From contig CAWEMM010000014.1 of assembly GCA_963810095.1 (NCBI GenBank), forward strand, positions 224,001-288,000: 64,000 nt of DNA. The letters run 5' to 3'. Below the pieces are notes generated by a model. The model was not told the DNA's origin. It ran no database searches and worked only from the letters and a program-made list of their open reading frames with translations. Positions 29,489 to 39,204 of the stretch are shown in pieces (the first letter of the stretch is position 1; every line of letters begins with the position of its first letter). The stretch is from an uncultured Chloroflexia bacterium (GTDB lineage Bacteria; Chloroflexota; Anaerolineae; CG2-30-64-16). Position numbers and translations under genes: made by a program.

Positions 29489-30271
29489 ATGAAGGCGGTT
29501 ATCCTGGCAGGCGGCAAGGGCACCCGGCTGGCACCCTATACGAAGGTTCTGCCCAAGCCGCTGATGCCGATCGGCGAGGACATGCCGATTCTGGAGGTTC
29601 TGCTGCGCCAGCTCAAACGGTCCGGCATCGACGACGTGACACTCGCCGTCGGGCACTCGGCAGCGCTGCTGTGCGCCTTCTTCCAGGATGGGCAGCGGCT
29701 GGGCCTGGGCATCCACTACAGCTACGAACACCAGCCCCTCGGCACGGCAGGGCCGCTGTCACTGCTCGACGGGCTGGATGAGACCTTCATGGTGGCCAAC
29801 GGCGACGTGCTGACGACGCTGCCGTTCACAGCTTTGATCGACGCCCATCACCGCCGGGGCGCCATTGCAACCATTGCATCCAGTGTTAAGAAGATCAAGA
29901 TTGACCTGGGCGTGATCGGGATTGGCGCCGGCAGCCTGATCGTAGGCTATACAGAGAAGCCCACATACGAGTTCCTTGTCAGCATGGGCATCTACGTCTT
30001 CGAGCCGCGCGTCCTTTCTTACATCGGACACCAGGAGCGTCTCGACTTTCCGGACCTGGTCCTGCGCCTGATCGCTGCGGGCGAGCGGGTGTTGAGCTAC
30101 CCCTACGACGGCTACTGGATGGACCTCGGCCGAGTTGAGGACTACGAGCAGGCCGTTCGGGATTTCGAGAGCTTGAAGTCGCAGATGCTCGGGGAGCCGG
30201 AGGCGGGGCCGGCTCCCCAGCCTGCATTCGGCGTGCCGGTTGTGCCGCTCCAACATGCCGTGCCGGCATAG
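29489..30271 (+). CDS. Sugar-1-phosphate nucleotidyltransferase (NTP_transferase, GDP-sugar synthase-like)
   Basis: ILAGGKGTRLAP..LPKPLMPI, PLGTAG, ANGDVL, EKP, WMDLGR. Confidence 0.92.
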   Translation: MKAVILAGGKGTRLAPYTKVLPKPLMPIGEDMPILEVLLRQLKRSGIDDVTLAVGHSAALLCAFFQDGQRLGLGIHYSYEHQPLGTAGPLSLLDGLDETFMVANGDVLTTLPFTALIDAHHRRGAIATIASSVKKIKIDLGVIGIGAGSLIVGYTEKPTYEFLVSMGIYVFEPRVLSYIGHQERLDFPDLVLRLIAAGERVLSYPYDGYWMDLGRVEDYEQAVRDFESLKSQMLGEPEAGPAPQPAFGVPVVPLQHAVPA

Positions 30272-30293
30272 GGAAGGAGCACGGGGAGGTAGT

Positions 30294-31457
30294 ATGCAGC
30301 TACGCATTCCACTGTCTGACTTGGACTACGGGCCAGAAGAGGAGCAGGCGGTCCTCGACGTCCTCCGGCGCCGCTGGCTGACGATGGCTGCGGTGACGGA
30401 GGAGTTCGAGAGCGCGTTTGCCGCATTTTCGGGCGTCCGCCACGCGTTTGCCGTGACGAACGGCACGACTGCGCTGCACCTGGCATGCCTGGCGCTCGGC
30501 ATCGGGCCCGGCGACGAGGTCATCGTCCCGTCGCTAACCTTCGTCGCCAGCGCAAATGCAGTCCTTTACACGGGCGCAGACGTGCGCTTCGCGGACATTA
30601 TTGGGCCAGATAACCTGAACATCTCTCCGGCCGCGATCGAGTGGCAGATTACGCCACGCACGACGGCCGTGCTGGTCGTCCACTACGGCGGTTACCCCTG
30701 CCATATGTCCGAGATCATGGAACTGGCCCGGCGGAATGGGCTGGCGGTTATCGAGGACGCAGCCCATGCCCCCGGTGCGCGGCTCGGCGGCCGGGCGCTG
30801 GGCACCTGGGGCGACGTAGGGTGTTTCAGCTTCTTCTCGAACAAGAACATGGCGACGGGAGAAGGCGGCATGATCGTGACCAACAGCGACGTTTTGGCCG
30901 AGAGGATCAAGCTGCTGCGCTCGCACGGGATGACGACGCTCACATGGGACCGGCATCGCGGCCACGCCTCCACGTACGATGTCGTGAGGCTGGGCTACAA
31001 CTACCGGATCGACGAGATTCACTCTGCCCTGGGGCTGGCCCAACTGGCCAAGCTTCCTGCCAACAACGCGCGCCGGCGGCGTCTCACCCGCCGCTACTGG
31101 GACGGTTTGCAAGACCCGATGTTCGCCGGGATCGAGGCGCCGTTTCAGCACGCGGCCGGCGAGTCCAGCCACCACATCCTGCCGGTGTTATTGCCGGTGG
31201 GCGCCGACCGCCAGACGTTCATGGACGATCTGCGCGGGCTCGGGGTGCAGAGCAGCATCCATTACCCCCCGATCCACCGCTTCAGCTACCATGCAGCGCG
31301 GTACCCGGACGTCGTGTTGCCAGTTACGGAAGCCGTTGCGGCCCGGGAGGTGACGTTACCGCTGTATCCCGCAATGACCGAAGAGGATGTCGATTACGTG
31401 CTTGTCGCCGCTGCGACAGCCCTGGCGGCCGCTCGCCGGGAGGCCGAGTTTGCCTGA
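30294..31457 (+). CDS. DegT/DnrJ/EryC1/StrS PLP-dependent sugar aminotransferase
   Basis: NGTTALH, IEDAAHA, FSFFSNKNMATGEGG, GYNYR. Confidence 0.95.
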   Translation: MQLRIPLSDLDYGPEEEQAVLDVLRRRWLTMAAVTEEFESAFAAFSGVRHAFAVTNGTTALHLACLALGIGPGDEVIVPSLTFVASANAVLYTGADVRFADIIGPDNLNISPAAIEWQITPRTTAVLVVHYGGYPCHMSEIMELARRNGLAVIEDAAHAPGARLGGRALGTWGDVGCFSFFSNKNMATGEGGMIVTNSDVLAERIKLLRSHGMTTLTWDRHRGHASTYDVVRLGYNYRIDEIHSALGLAQLAKLPANNARRRRLTRRYWDGLQDPMFAGIEAPFQHAAGESSHHILPVLLPVGADRQTFMDDLRGLGVQSSIHYPPIHRFSYHAARYPDVVLPVTEAVAAREVTLPLYPAMTEEDVDYVLVAAATALAAARREAEFA

Positions 31458-31584
31458 TCGCCAGATCGCATAGAAGGGCATAGCAGCCACGTGACGCCGA
31501 TTACAACAAACAGACGGTGACAGAGAGCGCCGGAACGTGTAATGATAGGATGAGGTTTGTGGGTGCAGTGGATGGTGCAGCGGA

Positions 31585-32097
31585 ATGGCGAAGAACCGGC
31601 GAATCAGCGACATCGACATCGACGAGGACATGGCCTATCAGGAACGCGAGTGGAAGATTCAGCGCGTCGGCTGGGCGGTCATCTGGCTCCTGATCCTGGC
31701 GGCGCTGCTGGGCGGCTTCGGCAAGGGCGTGCTGGCGAATGCGCGGCTGGGCGACCCGTCTGGCGCCCTCACAGCCAACTATGCCCGCATCGAGCGTTAC
31801 CGGTCTCCGACGACGATCGAGGTGATCGTCGGGCCGGGCCAGGCCACGGCCGGGAATTTCGCGCTGACGCTGAACCGGGCGTTCGTGGATCGGATTTCGA
31901 TCGACCGCATCGACCCCGAGCCGGCCTCGGTCAAGAGCGAGGTGGACCGGCTGCGTTACGAGTTCGAAGTCACCGCCGACGGGCAGCCCGCGCATGTCTT
32001 CATCAACTATGAGTACGCGGACTTCGGGCTTTCGGAAGCGCACCTGGCGCTCGAGGGCGGCCCCGCGTTGACGCTCAAACAGCTTGTGTATCCCTGA
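31585..32097 (+). CDS. Hypothetical single-TM membrane protein
   Basis: QEREWKIQRVGW, TM, GGFGKG; host-like codon usage; upstream of DUF421 gene. Confidence 0.75.
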   Translation: MAKNRRISDIDIDEDMAYQEREWKIQRVGWAVIWLLILAALLGGFGKGVLANARLGDPSGALTANYARIERYRSPTTIEVIVGPGQATAGNFALTLNRAFVDRISIDRIDPEPASVKSEVDRLRYEFEVTADGQPAHVFINYEYADFGLSEAHLALEGGPALTLKQLVYP

Positions 32098-32130
32098 TCG
32101 CGCGCGATGTATTGGCAGAAGGAGTGAGTA

Positions 32131-32585
32131 ATGGGTTCAGTGTTGCGGGCGACGGCGGTCTATTTCTTCCTCCTGATCGTTTTCCGCGTCTCGGGCAAAC
32201 GGACCCTGGCACAGTTCACGCCGTTCGACTTCATCCTATTGCTGATCATCAGTGAGACCATTCAGCAGGCAATGGTCGACACTGACAATTCGTGGACAAA
32301 CGCCGCGATCCTCGTTCTCACGCTCGTCGGTATCAGCATCGCGCTGTCCCTCGTCCGCGAAGGGTCCCCTGGCTCGAGCGGCTGCTCGGCGGGAGCGCCG
32401 TGCTCGTGATCCAGGACGGTAAGATGCACGAGGACCGCATGCGCCGCATGCGCATCGACGAAGTGGACATCATCGGCGCGGCACGCGCACAAGAGGGTCT
32501 GGAGCGGATCGACCAGATCAAACATGCGGTCGTCGAGACCGGCGGCCAGATCACGATCATTCCGAAGAAGCAGGCCGCGGGATAG
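32131..32585 (+). CDS. DUF421/YetF family membrane protein; frameshift near 32360
   Basis: RVSGKRTLAQFTPFDFILLLII then ERLLGG..VIQDG..AVVETGGQITII in second frame. Confidence 0.85.
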
Positions 32586-32598
32586 GGTAGGAGGGCAC

Positions 32599-32924
32599 GT
32601 GTTTCTGGTCCAGATTCTGCTGCCGCTGTACGACAACGACGGTCGCGCGCTGGCGCGCGATCGCTACGATGCCGTTTTCCACACGCTCACCGAGCGCTTC
32701 GGCGGCGCGACCGCGTTCACCCGTGCGCCGGCTGAGGGTGCGTGGAAGGAGCCGGGGCGCAGCCGGCAGGCCGACCGGCTGTCAACCGTGACCGGGTGAT
32801 CATTTTTGAGGTGATGGTGGAGCGGCTCGATCACGACTGGTGGGGCGCGTACCGGCGCCAGCTCGAGGCCGACTTTCGGCAGGAGAAGATCCTGATGCGC
32901 GCAATGGCCGCTGAGGAACTCTAG
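32599..32924 (+). CDS. Small hypothetical protein; frameshift near 32780
   Basis: GGAGG RBS + GTG; VQILLPLYDNDG..RFGGATAFTRAPAEGAW then D..IIFEVMV..WW..YRRQLE..FRQE. Confidence 0.7.
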
Positions 32925-33897
32925 CGGCGCCAGTGAATCTCGGGCCGGCGCCAGTTGCGCAGGCGCCAAAGCCAGCCGGCAGGATAGCCCGCCATCTTCG
33001 CCACATCGCCCAGCGCACGGATGAACGGCACAAGCAGCAGCGCCGGGCGCGGTCCGAAGGCGTCATGTCCGGTAACCGCTTGCCAAGCCGCCGGTACGGC
33101 GTCCTACAGTAGCCCACCACGCCCCCCGCCAGCGCCAACAGCCACCACGGTTTGTGGAAGAAGCCCAGGAGGAGCAGGGCAGGGAAGGCCACGAAATAGG
33201 TGACATAACGAATGGCATGACGCCTGCGCCACAAGTCCGCCTTGCCATCGCCCCGGGCGTACCGGTAATACTGCTTTGCGAAGCCCCTTGCCGACCCGCG
33301 CGGCCGGAAATGTGCGATCGCTTTCGGCGCCCACGCAAACTGCCCCACCGCCTCGCGCAGCCGCAGGTCGAAGATCAGGTCCTCGCAGTAGTCGAGCCAC
33401 TCGGGGTAACCGCCGGCCGCCTCATATGCCTGGCGGGTGAACGCGACGGACCTGCTGGACGGCAGGAAGGTCTCCGGGTTCACATCCTCCAGGTCGGGCA
33501 GCGTCGTCGCGCCCAGGGCGATCTCGAACGTGGAATGTGGGTCGCTAACAAAGAAGCCTGCCGTTGCCTGCGCATGCCCGCCGAGGATGGGTCCCACCAG
33601 TTCTTCCAGCCATTGTGGCTCGAGCTCCACGCCGGCGTCTACCGACGCGATAATGTCGCCCGCAGCCGCGGCAATGGCGACGTTCCGCCCGCGGGAAATG
33701 TTCGCGCCGGGTTCGACGATCACCCGTAACGGCAGTTGGCGCGCGTATGCCTCGATCACCTCGACGGTGTTGTCCCGCGAGCCGCCGTCGACGAAGACAA
33801 CCTCGTCGGGCAGACGGGTCTGGGCCGCGATGGAGTTCATCAGGCGGCGGATCGCGTCGCCTTCATTAAGAACGGTGCAGATTAGTGAGACTTGCAT
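32921..33897 (-). CDS. Glycosyltransferase family 2 with C-terminal TM; frameshift near 33045
   Basis: MQVSLICTVLNEG, VDGGSRD, GRNVAI, DAG, GGYPEWLDYCEDL; C-terminus recovered in alternate frame ending IHWRR-TAG. Confidence 0.88.
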
Positions 33898-34009
33898 GAA
33901 AAGAGGACCTGTCGGGTAGGATGGGTTACCGCCATCGCGTGTATTGCCGGACATAATTATAAGGTGTGACGGTGTGGATCGAAAATCGGTTTGTAGAAAG
34001 GAAACGAGG

Positions 34010-34856
34010 ATGAGCCAACGTGAGACAGGGCAGGCGGACCAGGCGCCGCGCCGCTCGCCTGATGCGCAGCGGGACCTGGCCGGCCTTCTTGGCGGCCTCT
34101 TGGGTGGCCAGGGATCGCAAGGCGCGGCGGGCCTCGGTGCGGCGGGACAGAATATCCCCGAAGACAACGAAGTTGCAAACGTGTTGGGCGGCTTGCTGGG
34201 CGGTAACCAGCCGGGGTCGCTCCCTTCGGGCGGCCACACGACCGAGCAGTCGGGCGCGGCGGCAGCCACAGCCGGGCGCGGCGGGCCCCTCCGGCGACGA
34301 ACTGGGGTCACTTCTCGGTGGACTTCTGGGCGGCGGGATGGCGGGCGGGCAGCTGCCGCAGCAAAATCCGTACGCCGGCCAGGAAAACGGGGGCTACGGC
34401 GCAGTGGAGCGGGGGGCATGGGCGGGCTCGGCGGCCTGCTTGGGGGGTTGCTGGGCGGGGGTGGTGGCAGCGGGGAGCGGCGGCTTAGGCGGCCTCTTGG
34501 GCAGCGTCATCGGCAATGACCAGACGAGCAGCACGGTCGCGCAGCAAACCGGATTGGCGCCGAGCCTGGTCCAGGCACTGCTCCCCATGATCATCGGCAT
34601 GCTTATGCGGGGAGGTCAGCGCTCCAACATGCGCAGCCAGGGGATCGACATCGACGGCGACGGGATTCCCGACACGGGCGACCAACTGGCGGGCGTCGCA
34701 CACCGCGTTCAAGCAGGGGAGGCGGTAGACGAGCAGGAGCTGCGGTCCTCGGGAGTCACGGCCGCGCTGGCTAAGCATAGTGGTTATGCCGAGCCCGAGG
34801 TAGCGTCGGCAACGGTGAAAATCCTGCAGGCGTTAGCCGAGCAGAACAAGCGCTAA
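34010..34856 (+). CDS. Gly-rich protein with GLLGGLLG repeats (DUF937/YidB-like); several frameshifts
   Basis: Repeated LGGLLGG blocks, VAQQTGLAPSLVQALLPMIIGML, DIDGDGIPD; stitched from ORFs 33944 and 34020. Confidence 0.65.
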
Positions 34857-34875
34857 CAAACCTCTGCAGGAGATC

Positions 34876-34927
34876 GGCAGGGGCGCCTGCGCTGCCCAGC
34901 TCCGGGCGGGCTCAGGCGCTCCTGCCG
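34876..34927 (+). terminator. GC-rich hairpin after gene
   Basis: CGGCAGGGGCGCCTG...CAGGCGCTCCTGCCG inverted repeat; no clear U-tract. Confidence 0.4.
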
Positions 34928-35090
34928 TGCTGAGTAAGCAAAGTTTTGTGAGATGTAGCGACTACCATCTAAATTTGATATTGCTATCATTAATTCTTTT
35001 TACCGATGACATACGTGGCCGGCTGCCGCGATACTGATCCGAGAGCCTGTGGCGGGTGCAGGATCGTTGCTCCAAGGACGGAGGGACAGC

Positions 35091-36524
35091 ATGGCCGGGC
35101 GAACTGCTGTGATGGTTCATCGGGTGCCGGTGGCGACGGCGCTCGCATTGGTGTTTCTGCTGGCAATCGCACTGGGCGCGCAAGCCCAGTCGATAACACC
35201 CTACTTCGGCTGCATCGACGACTTCCGCCAGAGTTCGAACTGCACGGCGGATGATGTGCGTATCGCCTCGATGGTTGTGGACCAGGTGATCGACACGTGC
35301 GCCTACCCCGGCGACACGGGCCGGTTCGTCTTCAAGGCCGAGCTTGTGAGCGGGGCGCAACGAGCGCTACGACCTCGGTCTCTTCGTCGCACTGGATGGG
35401 GGCAGCGCCCAGCTCGCCTCCCGGCCTGGGTACCCGAATGGCACCAGCTGCTATCACGATTTTCTCTCTCCTATCGGTCCGCCCTTCGACCTGCTCGGAG
35501 GGCACGGTCCGTTCTACGACGCTGAGGGCGGCGGTGACCTGTGCGGGGATATCCAACAGTCCGTCACCAACTACTACATCACCGAACCGATTACCATCCT
35601 CTGCCCGGATTCAAACGGCGACACGACCGTGGAGCCGATCAGCACGTGCGTGAGCTGGGACAATAACCGCCAGGGCGTATGTGTGGACGTGAACGGCGCC
35701 ATCCCCGGGGAGACGACGCCCGGGACGCCCTCCAAGTGCCGGTGTGAGAGCATCGCCGTGCCCGACGTCGTCATCCGCAAGATCGTCGTCGACAAGGTGA
35801 CTGACCCCGCGGGGGCCGGCAAGTCGTTCCCCTTCACGCTGACGAAGCCGGGCGGCAGCATAGTCGGGTTTTCTCTGACGGACAGCGCTGCGCCGTGGAT
35901 CAGCGGCCTTTTGCCCGCAGCCACGGGCTATTCAGTTGTCGAGACCGTGCCAGAGGGCTGGGTCCAGACGGCCGTGCACTGCACGAATGGCCTGGCCGCC
36001 GACAATATCGACCCTGGCAACATCGACCTGACTCCCAACCGTGAGGTGCGCTGCACCTTCTACAACGCCGCCGGTTCGCTTGCGGCAGACCTCGTCGAAT
36101 ATGCTGGGGAGGCGCAGGGCAGCCAGGTAGCGCTGCGCTGGGAGACCGTATCCGACTTCAGTGTGCGCGGGTTCAACGTGTACCGCGGTCTTTCGAATCA
36201 GGGACCGTGGGCGCGCGTCAATTCTGTGCTCATCCCGGCACAGTCCCCGGGCGCGGCCAGCGGCGCGCGCTATGAATGGGTCGACCGGTCGCCGGGCAGC
36301 GGCGCGAGTCTGGTACCTGCTGGAAGAATCGGGTCTGAACGGCGAGACAGAGCGTTACGATCCGCTGGAGGTGGTGCTGGGCGCGCCCAACGCGGTCGGG
36401 ACGAGCGAGTTCGAGCGCGGCGCGAACGCTTCCGGGATGGCTGTCCGTCGCGGGTGTGTCGCTGGGGCTTGCACTGCTAGCAGGTGTAGTTGCCAAGGGG
36501 TTCGGAGGACGCCGGCGGGGATAG
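35091..36524 (+). CDS. Cys-rich secreted surface protein with SpaA/prealbumin-like domain, Fn3-like domain and C-terminal TM-RRR anchor; frameshifts near 35360, 36310, 36445
   Basis: Signal peptide ending AQA; KIVVDKVTDP..YSVVETVPEGW..CTFYN; VALRWET..GFNVYR; tail VAGVSLGLALLAGVVAKGFGGRRRG-TAG in alternate frame. Confidence 0.7.
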
Positions 36525-36686
36525 GGGCCGGGAAGTTGCACCAGAGTCGGCGCAAGAACCAGGTCCGGTTGGTCTTGCGCCGACACACGGACTCAGAGTT
36601 TCTGTGTCCTGTGAACTGGTGATTGCAGAATACCCGAGAGTTGTTGCACCCTTATCACCATTGTGGGGCAGGCGGGTTACATCGTG

Positions 36687-38177
36687 TTACAGAACTGCAA
36701 CATCGCCGCGCTCCTGCCCGCGCCACCAGTCAAAGTGCTGTGACCAGTCAATGTACCCGTAGTTGCCGATGGGGTCTGGCGCCGGGGTCAGCTCGTCGAC
36801 GACAAGCGCCGGGGCCCCGCCGCCCCACGGAATGAGCCACAGTGATGCCTGGCCCTCCCGGTTGATGCGTGCAAACAGCAAGTGGCTCCCCTGGCGCGAC
36901 CACTGGGGCCGTTCGTCGCGATAGCGCGGGTCATCCGTCAGGGCCGTTGGCGCGCCCGCTGCTGCTGCGCCCACCCAGAGGTGGCGGGCAAGCATCGTGG
37001 TTAGTGCGTCTTCCCCCAGCGTCAGGTCGGGCGCATCGGGCATGGCGACGAACGCCAGCTCTTGCGCGTCGGGCGACCAAGCCGGCGTCATGGCCGCCAG
37101 GTCCGGGGGAGTCTGGAAATCTCCTGCCACCACCCGTTTGTCTGTCCAGGTTGCCAGCCCCGGGCCGACCGTGGCGGCGACGGTGTGATCGCCGGTGCGG
37201 GCGACGTCCAGAAAGTCGCTCCGCTGCAGCATCGGTTCGCTCGTCACCATCTGCGCGGGGCCAGGGTTCTCCCCTACGGGCGGCAGCGCGGCCGTAAAGA
37301 GCCACACCCCGTCGACGGGCTCGGCCACCCGGCTGGGGTGCTGCCAGAACAAGACGTGCTCGGGGTCTTGCCACCCAGCCAGGCTCGCCGGCGATTCAGA
37401 GGCACGCATGACGAGCGTGGACTGCCCGCCGGCTGTGGGGATGACCCAGATCCCGTCGTCGCGACCCGACCGTGACCCGCTCTGTTCGTCAGACGTCCAC
37501 TCGTACGCCAACCACCGCCCGTCAGGACTCCACGCAATCGCGTTCACCCGGCCGTTCGCCTGCGCAGCGACGAGGCGCGCTCCGATGTCTGTGGCTGGGT
37601 CGAGCGTCTGTAGGTGGCCTGCCTCGCTGACATACGCCAGCAAGTCTGCGGTTGGCGACCAGGCAAAGTGCTCGACGGTGAAGCCCCGATTGATCACGTG
37701 GTGATCCGATCCGTTCCGCCGCGCCAGCCAAACTTGCTGTTGGAACGTCGAAACGGTCTCGCGGCAGGGCGGCTCATTCTGGCGTAACGGGTCTTCACAG
37801 GGGCGCTCGCGCTCGACCAGGACCGTGCGGTCTTTGCGGTAAGCGATCCACTCGCCCACGGTCGACCACTTCGGCTCGCGGTTGTGCCCGTCAATCGTCA
37901 GGCGTTGGTGCGGTCCCTCGGGGAGCACGGTGATCCACAGATCGCCTCCCCGGATGTAGGCGACACGGCCGAGCGCGGTGGGTACGGGCGGCGGCGGCGC
38001 GATCGCCGTAGCGAGTGCATTCGACAGCCGCTCGTTTTCCTCCACTAGCGCTTGCAGGGTTGCGGCCGGCGCGGGGTTTGGCGTAGGGGTCTGCTCCAAG
38101 CCCACGGCAAGGGTGCCCGCACAGGAGGTGAGCAGAGCAGCAGACGAACAGGTGGGGATGCGCAATGAGCGACGCAT
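36687..38177 (-). CDS. TolB-like beta-propeller (PD40-repeat) lipoprotein
   Basis: Lipobox-like LLTSC; repeated PxWS/AWSPDG motifs (PKWST, FAWSPT, IAWSPDG, PAWSPD, PQWSRQG). Confidence 0.8.
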   Translation of the reverse strand: MRRSLRIPTCSSAALLTSCAGTLAVGLEQTPTPNPAPAATLQALVEENERLSNALATAIAPPPPVPTALGRVAYIRGGDLWITVLPEGPHQRLTIDGHNREPKWSTVGEWIAYRKDRTVLVERERPCEDPLRQNEPPCRETVSTFQQQVWLARRNGSDHHVINRGFTVEHFAWSPTADLLAYVSEAGHLQTLDPATDIGARLVAAQANGRVNAIAWSPDGRWLAYEWTSDEQSGSRSGRDDGIWVIPTAGGQSTLVMRASESPASLAGWQDPEHVLFWQHPSRVAEPVDGVWLFTAALPPVGENPGPAQMVTSEPMLQRSDFLDVARTGDHTVAATVGPGLATWTDKRVVAGDFQTPPDLAAMTPAWSPDAQELAFVAMPDAPDLTLGEDALTTMLARHLWVGAAAAGAPTALTDDPRYRDERPQWSRQGSHLLFARINREGQASLWLIPWGGGAPALVVDELTPAPDPIGNYGYIDWSQHFDWWRGQERGDVAVL

Positions 38178-38291
38178 CCTTCGACTGCGGCTGGGCGGCC
38201 GGCCGGCGCCTCCGCTCAGGATGCTTTTCGGGCGGCGGCAGGCATCCTGAGCGGAGCACGGCCCGCACTTGGGCGGTCCATCGAAGGACGC
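38173..38291. repeat. Nested-palindrome repeat element, copy 1
   Basis: CGCATCCTTCGACTGCGGC and GGCGCCTCCGCTCAGGATGCT blocks identical to copy at 61794-61907. Confidence 0.85.
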
Positions 38292-38307
38292 CCGTGATTC
38301 CGCTCGC

Positions 38308-39204
38308 TCATCGCGCCCCCGGCAGTCGGACGGTCACCACCGTGCCCCGCCCGGGACGGCTGCGGATGGTCATGCTGCCGTGATGCCGGGTGACGATTGC
38401 CTTGACCAGGGCCAGCCCCAACCCGCTGCCTTCGACGCCGATCCCCGCGCTGCCCCGGTAGAGTTCCTCGCCCAGGTGTGGCAGTTCGTCGGACGGGACG
38501 CCAGGGCCGGTGTCGGCCACCTCGACCGCAACGTTGGTCCCGTCCTCGAACGCCCGGATTTCGACCGTCGCGCCTTCGGTCGTGAACTTGAATGCGTTAT
38601 CCACCAGGTTGTGGAATGCCAGGAAGAGCAGGTCGCGATCCCCTGGGATCGGGGCGATGGGCCAGGGCGCCTCGGGTGCGGTCAGGTTAATGCGCCGCGC
38701 TGCGGCCTCGGGCCGGTCGCGTGCGATCTCGACGATTTCGGTCAGCAGCCCGACGACGTCGACCTCGTCCTGCTCGAGGGGTTGAACCTCCAGGTCCGTC
38801 AGCTTCCGCAAATCGGCGCTCAACCGGGCCAGCCGGTCGACCTGGCCGCGCAGGCTGCGCATCGTCTGCGGGTCACAGGCCCCATTCAGGTTCGCCAGTG
38901 CTGCGCGCATTGCCGTCAACGGGTTCTTGACCTCGTGATCCAGCCGGCGAATGAAACGCCGCCGCGAATCGGCCTCTTCGGCCTCCATTGCGGCCGCAGC
39001 CGCGGCGACGGCCCGGCGTTTCCGCTCGTTCAGCACTACCACGGCGGTCACACAGGCTGAAGCAACCGTGCCGAGCAGGACGAACAGCGTGCCGACGTCC
39101 GCGCGCAGGTAGACGACGGGGTTCAGTAAAGCCCCGCTTTGCCAAACGAATGCGAGAGCGAGCCCGATGACCAGCGGGATGAGCGCCAGCGCGAGACGCG
39201 TCAC
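38308..39204 (-). CDS. Two-component sensor histidine kinase (HisKA/HATPase, small sensor)
   Basis: Two TMs, DHEVKNPLT H-box, NLVDNAFKF, DTGPG, GSGLGL. Confidence 0.95.
   Translation of the reverse strand: MTRLALALIPLVIGLALAFVWQSGALLNPVVYLRADVGTLFVLLGTVASACVTAVVVLNERKRRAVAAAAAAMEAEEADSRRRFIRRLDHEVKNPLTAMRAALANLNGACDPQTMRSLRGQVDRLARLSADLRKLTDLEVQPLEQDEVDVVGLLTEIVEIARDRPEAAARRINLTAPEAPWPIAPIPGDRDLLFLAFHNLVDNAFKFTTEGATVEIRAFEDGTNVAVEVADTGPGVPSDELPHLGEELYRGSAGIGVEGSGLGLALVKAIVTRHHGSMTIRSRPGRGTVVTVRLPGAR

Noticed and set aside
28442-31457. Legionaminic/nonulosonic acid pathway
   Set aside because: Early LegB/LegC/PtmE-like steps are present but no NeuB synthase, NeuC hydrolysing epimerase or NeuA CMP-transferase in the locus
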